Shown piece by piece: positions 13,903 to 27,000 of a stretch of DNA of 64,000 nucleotides (within the stretch, counting starts at the first letter, position 1; every line of letters begins with the position of its first letter). Where the stretch lies: the NCBI GenBank assembly GCA_964016885.1, contig OZ024760.1:7378001-7442000 (forward strand), written 5' to 3'. The stretch is from Eledone cirrhosa (Eukaryota). A program made the translations under genes and the position numbers. A model generated the notes under the pieces. It ran no database searches and was not told where the DNA came from. It was given only the letters and a program-made list of their open reading frames with translations.

Positions 13903-13975
13903 TGATGATGGAGACTATCTGGGTGTTGGCACTATTTCAGGAAGTGTCAGTGTCTACATCTCCTTTAGCCTACAG
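13903..13975 (+). CDS. PREB: PREB exon 7
   Basis: ccag|T acceptor. (S)DDGDYLGVGTISGSVSVYISFSLQ is a highly PREB-like segment. Donor CAG|GTAATA. Confidence 0.92.
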
Positions 13976-14049
13976 GTAATACTACTACTACCACTACTAC
14001 TCTGTCCATTCTACCACTGTTCATTGTATATCCTTGTCTATTTGTCTAC

Positions 14050-14095
<46 letters not shown>

Positions 14096-14106
14096 GGAAT
14101 GAGTAG

Positions 14107-14205
14107 GACCCTGACGGCTGAGCTCAAGCCGTTTCGACGGCTAATTCTGAACTAAATGAAAATTTTTATCCTGGTATTTGAATAGCCGAGCTTCTCAAGG
14201 GGTAA
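14107..14205 (-). ncRNA. degenerate type I hammerhead-like motif next to (TA)n
   Basis: Minus strand: accc-cTTGAGAA-g(ct)cggcta...tagccg(t)c-GAA-ACGGCT-tgagctc-AGCCGT-C-agggt. Stems II and III and the GUC site are intact, the 5' core is mutated. Confidence 0.4.
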
Positions 14206-14533
14206 TTCCATATATGGTAAAAGTGATTGTCACAAGGATTGGTCAAAAGTTTGTTGTTGAGACATAATAATTCTATCCTGGCAATTTGTGGAGGGAAGTA
14301 TTGAGTACTTTGGTGCGTTATGGTCCACCTGGTTCCTTACCACATTTTCTCCGTTATATATATTTATCATCATCATCATCTTCGTTTAACGTCCATCTTC
14401 CACGCTAGCATGGGTTATATATATATTTAGTTCTATACGACTGAGACACAGTCACCCAACCAATCTTGCCTCAAGTGGGACAAACCCACTGTGTATATCT
14501 CTGTCTATCTATGTCCCCTTGTCTTTATTTCAG

Positions 14534-14690
14534 AAACTCTATCATATTCAAGAATCACACAGAATATTTATCACTGGAGTTGAGTTCTTACCAATTTCTA
14601 AATCCATGCGTGCTGTGACTGGGGCCCATGATTTCCAGTTGCTAAGTATTTCGCCTGACCACATCATACAGATACATAAACCAGTAACAG
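14534..14690 (+). CDS. PREB: PREB exon 8
   Basis: tcag|AAA acceptor. KLYHIQESHRIFITGVEFLP...LLSISPDHIIQIHKPVT. Donor G|GTGAGA, phase 1. Confidence 0.9.
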
Positions 14691-15273
14691 GTGAGAGATT
14701 CGTAGAAATTACATTCATTTTTCATTGTTTTATGGAGGACCCACAGGTAGAGTCTGTAACCAAGTGTTGCTCCTTTCATCAGAGGTCCCTTTTAGCCCTC
14801 CAGTGGACTAAACAGCTTCTCTAGTGTTGGCTGGTGTCATTATAAAATTCACCCAGAATGCTCTGTAAAATGATTGGCATTAGGAAAGAAATCCTCTCAC
14901 TGTAAAATAGTCATGGAGGTGTCACGACAAAAAGCACCGTGCCCACACTGTAAAGTGGTCATGGAGGTGTCATGACAAAAAGCACCCAGCCCACTGTAAA
15001 GTGGTCATGGAGGTGTCATGACAAAAAGCACCCAGCCCACACTGTAAAGTAGTCATGGAGGTATCACAACAAAAAGCACCCTGCCCACACTGTAAAGTGG
15101 TCATGGAATTATAACAACAAAAAGCACTTACCTACCCAACCACTTTATAGTGTGGGCTGTCACAACAAAAAGCACCCATGCTAAAGGGTTAAAACACTTG
15201 TTGTTGTGAGGTCTTTATTGGAAGGGATTAAATATTTGTTTGTTTCTGATAATCTGATTCTTTGTCCTTTCAG

Positions 15274-15374
15274 GTTACTATGTAAAAATGGAAACTGGAT
15301 TGGTTATTATAACAATCGGCACCCTTCTTATTTTGGCAGCCATAGTGTTTCTGTTGGAATATCTTGGGTTGTGA
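15274..15374 (+). CDS. PREB: PREB exon 9 (terminal; TM helix)
   Basis: tcag|GT acceptor. (G)YYVKMETGLVIITIGTLLILAAIVFLLEYLGL* is a hydrophobic C-terminal anchor. The nine exons sum to 1260 nt in frame. Confidence 0.87.
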
Positions 15375-16130
15375 GATAGAAAAATTCTTGCTTTCGACGG
15401 CTTCAAACCATCTGTTTTCTGTTTCTGTTTTGTTTTTTAAACATAAAGAATCTTCCATTATTTTATTTTATTTATATTTTTTCTGTGCGCGCGTGTCTTG
15501 TTTAAAAAAAAAAAAATCAAAACAACAGCTGAAAAACAAAACGTAAACAAAAACAAAAAACAAATATAAAAAACACCTAATATTCTCTTAAAGAAAAAAA
15601 AACAAAAATATGTCTTCTTTAAATGGAGAATCTTGAAGAAAAATAACAATAATAATAATAAATTTGTTGGTTTTCTTTTATATTTTATCTTGTTTGCTTT
15701 TTTCAATTCCTTATTATTAATAACTGTTTTTAATTTAGGCACAAGGCCAACAGTGGGGGTGGGGGGTGGGGTGGGTCAAATCAACCCTAGTGTATTACTG
15801 GTACTATATTTTATCAACCCCCGTAAGGATGAAAGGCAAAGTTAACTCTACAGGATTTGAACCTGGAATGTAAAGGGCCGTAACTCGATGCTGCAAAGCA
15901 TGTCCGATGTACTACTGATACTGCCAAGCCAATCCAATCCATCGCCCTTAATAATAATGATTTCTTTTTGGAGACAGTTGCTTCTGACAAGACCCGCTGG
16001 AGGGAGTATTTGAAGACTGCCCCAACAACCCTCTCAGGAATAAGTGGGTGAAGAAGAAGAAATAATAATAATAATAAAAAAATTGATTTGTTTATTCTTT
16101 ATAAATAATAAAGAAATTATTAGAAGATTC

Positions 16131-17930
16131 CACAGTCCACGCTGTAATGTGGCCGTGTAGGCAACACGGTAAAAACCTCCCAGCCCCACACTGTAAATGT
16201 GGTTGGTGTTAGGAAGGGCATCCAGCTGTAGAAAACCCGCCAGACAGTCCACGCTGTAATGTGGCCGTGTAGGCAACACGGTAAAAACCTCCCAGTCCCA
16301 CACTGTAAATGTGGTTGGTGTTAGGAAGGGCATCCAGCTGTAGAAAACCCGCCAGACAGTCCACGCTGTAATGTGGCCGTGTAGGCAACACGGTAAAAAC
16401 CTCCCAGCCCCACACTGTAAATGTGGTTGGTGTTAGGAAGGGCATCCAGCTGTAGAAAACCCGCCAGACAGTCCACGCTGTAATGTGGCCGTGTAGGCAA
16501 CACAGTAAAAACCTCCCAGCCCCACACTGTAAATGTGGTTGGTGTTAGGAAGGGCATCCAGCTGTAGAAAACCCGCCAGACAGTCCACGCTGTAATGTGG
16601 CCGTGTAGGCAACACGGTAAAAACCTCCCAGCCCCACACTGTAAATGTGGTTGGTGTTAGGAAGGGCATCCAGCTGTAGAAAACCCGCCAGACAGTCCAC
16701 GCTGTAATGTGGCCGTGTAGGCAACACGGTAAAAACCTCCCAGCCCCACACTGTAAATGTGGTTGGTGTTAGGAAGGGCATCCAGCTGTAGAAAACCCGC
16801 CAGACAGTCCACGCTGTAATGTGGCTGTGTAGGCAACACGGTAAAAACCTCCCAGCCCCACACTGTAAATGTGGTTGGTGTTAGGAAGGGCATCCAGCTG
16901 TAGAAAACCCGCCAGACAGTCCACGCTGTAATGTGGCCGTGTAGGCAACACGGTAAAAACCTCCCAGCCCCACACTGTAAATGTGGTTGGTGTTAGGAAG
17001 GGCATCCAGCTGTAGAAAACCCGCCAGACAGTCCACGCTGTAATGTGGCCGTGTAGGCAACACGGTAAACACCTCCCAGCCCCACACTGTAAATGTGGTT
17101 GGTGTTAGGAAGGGCATCCAGCTGTAGAAAACCCGCCAGACAGTCCACGCTGTAATGTGGCCGTGTAGGCAACACGGTAAAAACCTCCCAGCCCCACACT
17201 GTAAATGTGGTTGGTGTTAGGAAGGGCATCCAGCTGTAGAAAACCCGCCAGACAGTCCACGCTGTAATGTGGCCGTGTAGGCAACACGGTAAACACCTCC
17301 CAGCCCCACACTGTAAATGTGGTTGGTGTTAGGAAGGGCATCCAGCTGTAGAAAACCCGCCAGACAGTCCACGCTGTAATGTGGCCGTGTAGGCAACACA
17401 GTAAAAACCTCCCAGCCCCACACTGTAAATGTGGTTGGTGTTAGGAAGGGCATCCAGCTGTAGAAAACCCGCCAGACAGTCCACGCTGTAATGTGGCCGT
17501 GTAGGCAACACGGTAAACACCTCCCAGCCCCACACTGTAAATGTGGTTGGTGTTAGGAAGGGCATCCAGCTGTAGAAAACCCGCCAGACAGTCCACGCTG
17601 TAATGTGGCCGTGTAGGCAACACAGTAAAAACCTCCCAGCCCCACACTGTAAATGTGGTTGGTGTTAGGAAGGGCATCCAGCTGTAGAAAACCCGCCAGA
17701 CAGTCCACGCTGTAATGTGGCCGTGTAGGCAACACGGTAAACACCTCCCAGCCCCACACTGTAAATGTGGTTGGTGTTAGGAAGGGCATCCAGCTGTAGA
17801 AAACCCGCCAGACAGTCCACGCTGTAATGTGGCCGTGTAGGCAACACGGTAAAAACCTCCCAGCCCCACACTGTAAATGTGGTTGGTGTTAGGAAGGGCA
17901 TCCAGCTGTAGAAAACCCGCCAGACAGTCC
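16131..17930. repeat. 112-bp tandem array (about 16 copies) amplified from a SINE internal segment
   Basis: Period of 112 visible in the ORF track. It continues into a SINE 3' end and (GAT)n to about 18030. A single-unit relative lies at 34921..35135. Confidence 0.93.
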
Positions 17931-18039
17931 TATGCGAGCAAGACAACCACTCTTGCCTCAAGTGGGAAAACCCCACGTCCAAACCCATGCAAGCGTGGAA
18001 CACGGACGCTAAACCTGATGATGATGATGATTCTACATT

Positions 18040-18380
18040 TTAAGCATCTGGTGCTCCAAGAACAACCGACCAAGTATGTGGCAGCGCCATGTACATTTTT
18101 GGACCTTGACAATGTTGGGTGTTGGCGCTGTGATGATCTTTACCCATAAATCACCTCCAATTCTTTCCTTTGACATTCTAACCACATCTGTAGTTCCTTA
18201 GCTGTGATCTCTAGATGCAGAGAGGTAGCAGCTCCACTTGAAGTGACTCCCTGGTCCACACGCTATGTACCATATTAGAGAACATTTGCTTTAGAAACTC
18301 TTTTGGCCATTACCCAAGATTCATGACCATAGGTAAGGGCAGGTACAAACATAGAATTGAATATAGTGAGTTTTCATTTA
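18040..18380 (-). mobile_element. degenerate RTE-type LINE fragment
   Basis: Minus translation includes KLTIFNSMFVPALTYGHESWVM (P.L.YG.E.W motif of the RT thumb region). Confidence 0.55.
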
Positions 18381-19727
18381 GAAGCCTTCTTATGGCCCAA
18401 GTAAAAAATAATTGATATCACATTCCTGTTAAACCCTGTCAAGTATCCCACATTTCTGTCTGTCGGAAAACACTAAATATTAATAGATTAAAGCACATGA
18501 AATATTAATGGGTTGTGACACTGCTTTTAAATGTTAATGGGTTAATGGTTAAAATCCCAACACAAAATATCTTTATGGTACAAAACTAATATATTAATGA
18601 ATTAATGGTTTAGGGTATAACACTTATAAATCATGAGTTAATTGTTTAAGGCACAACGTTAAACATTAATGGGCTAATGGATTCAGGCACAGCACTTAAA
18701 AATGTGTTAATGGTTTAAAAGCACAACACTAAATAGTAACGGGTTAGTATATAACTGTTAATGGGTTAAGGCACAACTCGAAATATTAAATGGTTAATTG
18801 CTTAAGACACAACACTAAAGCTTAATGAGTTAAAGGTTTAAAGTATAACACTGTTAAATATTAATAAGTTAATGGATTAAGGGTTTAAAGCACAACACTA
18901 TTAATGAGTTAATAGTTTAACCTCTTCAGTGCCGTAGACAAGATAACCCGTCCTAACATGTTTGAACTCGTTTCCAACAGGTCATAGCTTCAAAGCTAGA
19001 TGAGGTACTAGTTTATTGATGTGATGTTTGTCAATCAAAATAGTCATTTTATTGAAAACAAACCAACACAGTAACGTAGCTGTGTAAAATATGCGCAGCA
19101 GTCAACAAGTTAAGGTAGAGCACTACTAAATACATCATAAATGACAAAACAAAAATGAACACTACAGCTTAACAACATTGGTATAGATTTTAATTTAATT
19201 CATTATATATATACACACATACATATGTAAATATATATATACATATATAACATATATATATATATAAACATTTATATATACAACATTATAAACATTTATA
19301 TATACAACATTATAAACATTTATATATTATATATACAAACATACGCATATACAATCATATATATATATATATGTATAATTCAATATTAACACGCATTTTA
19401 TTGTTTAAAAAAAATTCTTACTTAGTCTTTGTGTTTCTGTTTATAATTATTGGAATGGTAAAATACTTCTTTCACAGTAGAATGTTTTTTTAAATTTCAT
19501 TATATATATATATCCAGGGAGTGTAACTTGATGTTACTGTAGGCTCATCCAGGTGAGCACTCGATGTATATATACACACACATAATGTGCGTGTGTAAGT
19601 TTCATTATATATGTATATGTGTGTGTGTATAAATATGTATATATGCTTATATATATATATATATGTGTGTATGCATATGTTTGTGTGTATGCATATATAT
19701 ATATGCATACTGAAGTGTCGATAACCA

Positions 19728-19768
<41 letters not shown>

Positions 19769-22700
19769 GAGTATGTATGTATATTTACAAAATGACACTC
19801 ATTGCCCAATAACAACATCAGTGTTGTTTTCTCTCTTGGAAAGCACTGGGGTGGGGGGATTCTTTATTAATATTATTTAATTTCTTCATTGTTTTGTTTG
19901 TTGTTGTTGTTGTTCTGTACACAGTGAAAAACAAACTAGAACATTCTAGTTGGGGTGGTGGGGGAGGGGTGTAGTTACTGTTGACGTTTTAAATGTTTCC
20001 TGTTGCATTAAATATATTCACACGGGAGGGGGGGGGTGATTAACAGGGGCAGGTGGCAGAAAGAAAACTTGGTTTCCTTTTGTTAGAACTTTAATTTCCT
20101 TTTATATTATATTCTTTTGAAGAATTGTCTGGAACATTCTTGGTCTTTTGGGGCTTTTTTTCTTCTTTTTGTTGTTTTTTTTTTCTTTTTTCTTTTTCTC
20201 TTCAAACCCCCCAAAATTAATTTGTTCTGTAAATAATGTGCGAGACAAGAAAAACACTCCCCCCCAAAAAAAACCAATAATTTCTATAGACTCCATAATT
20301 TTTTTTGCAAATGTATCATATGTCAGTCAGAATTAGGAGAGAAGAGTTTCAAAAATTGATACAGATCCCCAAAATACTTCACTGGCTCCTTAGCGCCCCC
20401 CCCCCTTATTTTGTAACCGGCCATGGAATGACGAACAACTAAGTCCAACCCTGGTTGTGATTTGAACTTGAAACCGATAGAGAAGCTAAATATTTATTTC
20501 AATGAGTTTCATTCAAAACTGTCCTCGTCACAGCCAATGTCCAGAAAAAAATCTCTACTATGTTGGTCAGTCACAACCAGGGATGTATTAAGCCATAGCT
20601 AGGCTGGCTCCAAAACTTCAAACTAGCCAGCCTTATGAATAATATGGCCCTCGTCACAGCCAGGGTCATAAAAAGCAAACTAGGGGATTGGTGCAGGAAG
20701 GGCTACTCAGCCATAAATCATTGCCTCAAAAGGGATCTTCACAATCAATATAAAGTCTGATAAAGTCTGTTGGGGCCCTTGCAATGATAACCCCTTGCTT
20801 TAGCAAGGGTAATAACCTTAAAATGTTGTATTCATTTCAGTAATACAGAAAATAAACATGGATTGGTTTTGTTGTTGTTGGTTGTGGTAGTGATTGGTGG
20901 TGGTGTTGGTGATTGATTGTGGTGGTAGTGGTGATTGATTGTGGTGGTAGTGGTGATTGATTGTGGTGGTAGTGGTGATGATTGGTGGTGGTGGTTGGTG
21001 GTGGTGGTGGTGATGGTGGTTGGTGGTGGTGGTGATGGTGGTTGTTCATGGTTGGTGGTGAGGTTATGTCACCAAAGTTTGAGATGATGTAGAGATAAAA
21101 TGACATTTCTTAAATTTTCAAGACAAAGTATCCTATTTTTTTTTTTTACAAAGAGTCAAGTCAAGTCATTTGAAATGACACCCTCTTGTATTACTGGTAC
21201 ATGTTTCCTATCAATCATTAGCTGTAAGAAAAAAAGAAAATTGGCTACCTGGTAGGAATTGAACTCAGAATACAGAACATAAGAAGGATGAATATAAACG
21301 TTGCTGATTCTGATCCCAATTCTGTATTCAAATATTCAGATAGGTGAAATACTTTGCCATTCATCCTTCAAGCATCAATTAACCCTTTAACATTCACATT
21401 ATTCTATATATACTATTGTATTTTCATGGTAAAGGCTTTACCTTACATAATTATCTCACATAATATCGAATCTATGAGATTTTGATGTTATTTATTTTGA
21501 GAACAATACCTTAACATTAGTATAAGTGGCCAGTTATGGCTGGTTTGAACAGATAGAGGCAAGAGAATTCTGGCCGGATACAGCCGATTTAAATGCTAAA
21601 GGTTTAAAGAAAATACCAGACCTGTGCTCATGCAGCCCCTTCTGTACTGAAGATGGATAAACACCCTGAAACACTAGCACCTGGTGTTCTCATACGGCTA
21701 CTGAGGTACTGTGACATGATCACAGTTTAAAACATTTATGACGAGACTTCTGTATGTTTATTATATATAAACATATTGTATATACATCTCTATACACATC
21801 TGTTAGTGCTACAGTTTGTTAATCCCAGCCAGTCAAGCTTGAACTGTTTGCAAATGAACTTCTCCAGGTCACTGATGTAGCTGTGACGACATGATCACAG
21901 CTTAAAACATACATAGTAAGACCCTTGTATGTTTATTATACATAATCATATATATATATATATAATCATATATATATAAATAAATATATATAATCATATA
22001 TATATATATCGTCTTTTCTTCGCCCACTTATTCCTAAGAGGGTCGTGGGGGCAGAGTCCTCAAACACTCTCTCCAGTAGGTCCTGTCAGAAGCAACCATC
22101 TCTAACTGATCCAGCTGGATCCCCAAGTGTGACTAGTCAAGCTCATGGATGTTATCCAACCATCTTGCTCGAGGGCTACCCCTGGGTCACCTACCTGATG
22201 GTTTCACCCATAAAAAAAAAAAAAAAATATATATATATAAACACCTTCATATACACCCTTATTTAAGTGCTTTATACAGAATATAATAACGCAGGGCCAG
22301 AAGCAGCAGGGTGAAGACTGTAGGGTGGGAGTGTCATTCCAGCATTTCCATTCAGGTTAATTGGTTTGATGGGACCGGGGAGGACAAAAATGGCTTCCTA
22401 GTTACATAAAGTTGCATACCTTTATGTCCCCAAGTCAAACATTACCTTCTGTGCTTCAGGCAGGGGTGGAGCAGTGAAATAAATATTGGTTTCTGATATA
22501 GGCACAAGGCCAACAATTTTGGGGAAGGAAAAGTCGATTAAATTGACTTATTTTATCGACCCCCATGATAAGGATGAAGGGCCAAGTTAAAGTTGACCTT
22601 GGTAGGGTTTGATCATAAAGGGGCGTAACACTATGCCCTAAAGCATGTTGTCTGACACTCCACCGATACTGCCAATGGAGGGTAGACCTCTAATGGACTT

Positions 22701-22859
22701 AATTAGACATATACCCAAACGACATAACACCTTAGAACCCGCACCCTCACCCTGCGCCAAATTTGAGGGCTTTGTTAAGAAGTCACCAGCATTCTATTGT
22801 GTTCTATCATTTTTACAAGAAGGGGTCAACGTTTTATACCTCACAGTTGTACAATTGTA

Positions 22860-23595
22860 TAAACTGCTGACGATGATGATGATGATGATGATGACGATAG
22901 TGATAATAATGATGATAGTGGCTACCACCATGATGGTTAGTGGTTGTGGTGGTGGTGGTAGTGGTGGTAGTAGTGGTAGAGTGGTATTTGTAATAGTGGT
23001 AGTGGTGGTATTGGTAATAGTAGTAGTGGTAGTAGTAGAGTGGCATTGGTAGTAGTAGTGGTGGTGGTATTGGTAGTAGTAGTAGTGGTAGTAGTAGAGT
23101 GGCATTGGTAGTAGTAGTGGTGGTGGTATTGGTAGTAGTAGTAGAGTGGTATTTGTAGTAGTGGTAGTGGTGGTATTGGTAATAGTAGTAGTGGTAGTAA
23201 TAGAGTGGCATTGGTAGTAGTAGTGGTGGTGGTATTGGTAGTAGTAGTAGTGGTAGTAGTAGAGTGGCATTGGTAGTAGTAGTGGTGGTGGTATTGGTAG
23301 TAGTAGTAGAGTGGTATTTGTAGTAGTGGTAGTGGTGGTATTGGTAATAGTAGTAGTGGTAGTAATAGAGTGGCATTGGTAGTAGTAGTGGTGGTGGTAT
23401 TGGTAATAGTAGTAGTGGTAGTAGTAGAGTGGCATTGGTAGTAGTAGTGGTGGTATTGGTAATAGTAGTAGTAGTGGTAGTAGTAGAGTGGTATTTGTAG
23501 TAGTGGTATTGGTAATAGTAGTAGTGGTAGTAGTAGTGGTGGTATTGGTAATAGTAGTAGTAGAGTGGTATCGGTAGTACTAGTGATGATGTTGA

Positions 23596-23626
<31 letters not shown>

Positions 23627-23650
23627 TGTAGTAGTATTGGTAGTTGCAGT
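22860..23650. repeat. compound (TAG/TGG) microsatellite with higher-order duplication, downstream of the giantin stop
   Basis: Direct inspection. Confidence 0.9.
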
Positions 23651-23835
23651 TGTTTTCATAACAAGAAGAACCAACCACCAAAATATATTCAATGTTCGGA
23701 TGATTCAAATGATTCGAGTTGTTTTACATTAGTTTTGTTTTGTTGTTTGTTTTTCATTTTTTTTCTCTTTCTTTATTTCTTTATCCTTGGTGTTGGGGGG
23801 TGAAAAACGAAAATAACTTGCTCCCATTCTTGTTT

Positions 23836-23968
23836 TTACAAGAAACCGGTGAAACAAGCGATGATGACAGCGTGTAGTAAGAGGAAATAAAACCAAATAA
23901 CGGCACGGAGGTTGGGACGGAACCGCAGCAGACGTTGGAAGGAGCGGCTGGAAAAGCAGAAGTATTCC
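23836..23968 (-). CDS. GOLGB1: giantin-like terminal exon (tail-anchor TM)
   Basis: acag|G acceptor (phase 2). EYFCFSSRSFQRLLRFRPNLRAVIWFYFLLLHAVIIACFTGFL* matches, from recall, the giantin tail YFLMIHVLLILCFTGHL*, including the conserved Y..LH of the CASP/giantin/golgin-84 TM. Confidence 0.88.
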
Positions 23969-24014
23969 CTGTTAGAAAGAAGGAAAAAAATCACAACACC
24001 TGAGGCATGCATAA

Positions 24015-27000
24015 TTACACCTACAATAATTAGCATAAAGTCCCTTACACAGACACACCTACAATATCTAGCATAAAGCCCCTTAAACACAGAAACACCT
24101 ACAATAATTAGCATAAAGTCCCTTACACAGACACACCTACAATATCTAGCATAAAGCCCCTTAAACACAGAAACACAATAATTAGCATAAAGTCCCTTAC
24201 ACAGACACACCTACAATATCTAGCATAAAACCCCTTAAACACAGAAACACCTACAATAATTAGCATAAAGTCCCTTACACAGACACACCTACAATATCTA
24301 GCATAAAGCCCCTTAAACACAGAAACACCTACAATAATTAGCATAAAGTCCCTTACACAGACACACCTACAATATCTAGCATAAAGTCCCTTAAACACAG
24401 AAACACCTACAATAATTAGCATAAAGTCCCTTACACAGACACACCTACAATATCTAGCATAAAGTCACTTACACAGACACACCTACAATATCTAGCATAA
24501 AGCCCCTTAAACACAGAAACACCTACAATAATTAGCATAAAGTCCCTTACACAGACACACCTACAATATCTAGCATAAAGCCCCTTAAACACAGAAACAC
24601 CTACAATAATTAGCATAAAGTCCCTTACACAGACACACCTACAATATCTAGCATAAAGCCCCTTAAACACAGAAACACCTACAATAATTAGCATAAAGTC
24701 CCTTACACAGACACACCTACAATATCTAGCATAAAGTCACTTACACAGACACACCTACAATATCTAGCATAAAGTCCCTTACACAGACACACCTACAATA
24801 TCTAGCATAAAGCCCCTTAAACACAGAAACACCTACAATAATTAGCATAAAGTCCCTTACACAGACACACCTACAATATCTAGCATAAAGCCCCTTAAAC
24901 ACAGAAACACCTACAATAATTAGCATAAAGTCCCTTACACAGACACACCTACAATATCTAGCATAAAGCCCCTTAAACACAGAAACACCTACAATAATTA
25001 GCATAAAGTCCCTTACACAGACACACCTACAATATCTAGCATAAAGTCACTTACACAGACACACCTACAATATCTAGCATAAAGCCCCTTAAACACAGAA
25101 ACACCTACAATAATTAGCATAAAGTCCCTTACACAGACACACCTACAATATCTAGCATAAAGTCCCTTACACAGACACACCTACAATATCTAGCATAAAA
25201 CCCCTTAAACACAGAAACACCTACAATAATTAGCATAAAGTCCCTTACACAGACACACCTACAATATCTAGCATAAAGCCCCTTAAACACAGAAACACCT
25301 ACAATAATTAGCATAAAGTCCCTTACACAGACACACCTACAATATCTAGCATAAAACCCCTTAAACACAGAAACACCTACAATAATTAGCATAAAGTCCC
25401 TTACACAGACACACCTACAATATCTAGCATAAAGTCCCTTACACAGACACACCTACAATATCTAGCATAAAGCCCCTTAAACACAGAAACACCTACGATA
25501 ATTAGCATAAAGTCACTTACACAGACACACCTACAATATCTAGCATAAAGCCCCTTAAACACAGAAACACCTACAATAATTAGCATAAAGTCCCTTACAC
25601 AGACACACCTACAATATCTAGCATAAAGCCCCTTAAACACAGAAACACCTACAATAATTAGCATAAAGTCCCTTACACAGACACACCTACAATATCTAGC
25701 ATAAAGCCCCTTAAACACAGAAACACAATAATTAGCATAAAGTCCCTTACACAGACACACCTACAATATCTAGCATAAAACCCCTTAAACACAGAAACAC
25801 CTACAATAATTAGCATAAAGTCCCTTACACAGACACACCTACAATATCTAGCATAAAGCCCCTTAAACACAGAAACACCTACAATAATTAGCATAAAGTC
25901 CCTTACACAGACACACCTACAATATCTAGCATAAAGTCCCTTAAACACAGAAACACCTACAATAATTAGCATAAAGTCCCTTACACAGACACACCTACAA
26001 TATCTAGCATAAAGTCACTTACACAGACACACCTACAATATCTAGCATAAAGCCCCTTAAACACAGAAACACCTACAATAATTAGCATAAAGTCCCTTAC
26101 ACAGACACACCTACAATATCTAGCATAAAGCCCCTTAAACACAGAAACACCTACAATAATTAGCATAAAGTCCCTTACACAGACACACCTACAATATCTA
26201 GCATAAAGCCCCTTAAACACAGAAACACCTACAATAATTAGCATAAAGTCCCTTACACAGACACACCTACAATATCTAGCATAAAGTCACTTACACAGAC
26301 ACACCTACAATATCTAGCATAAAGTCCCTTACACAGACACACCTACAATATCTAGCATAAAGCCCCTTAAACACAGAAACACCTACAATAATTAGCATAA
26401 AGTCCCTTACACAGACACACCTACAATATCTAGCATAAAGCCCCTTAAACACAGAAACACCTACAATAATTAGCATAAAGTCCCTTACACAGACACACCT
26501 ACAATATCTAGCATAAAACCCCTTAAACACAGAAACACCTACAATAATTAGCATAAAGTCCCTTACACAGACACACCTACAATATCTAGCATAAAGCCCC
26601 TTAAACACAGAAACACCTACAATAATTAGCATAAAGTCCCTTACACAGACACACCTACAATATCTAGCATAAAGTCACTTACACAGACACACCTACAATA
26701 TCTAGCATAAAGCCCCTTAAACACAGAAACACCTACAATAATTAGCATAAAGTCCCTTACACAGACACACCTACAATATCTAGCATAAAGTCCCTTACAC
26801 AGACACACCTACAATATCTAGCATAAAACCCCTTAAACACAGAAACACCTACAATAATTAGCATAAAGTCCCTTACACAGACACACCTACAATATCTAGC
26901 ATAAAGCCCCTTAAACACAGAAACACCTACAATAATTAGCATAAAGTCCCTTACACAGACACACCTACAATATCTAGCATAAAGTCCCTTAAACACAGAA

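Noticed and set aside
16034-18003. Series of 78-aa minus-strand ORFs
   Set aside because: Artifact of the 112-bp SINE-derived tandem repeat
22645-23692. Thr/Tyr/His-rich ORFs
   Set aside because: Trinucleotide microsatellite translations
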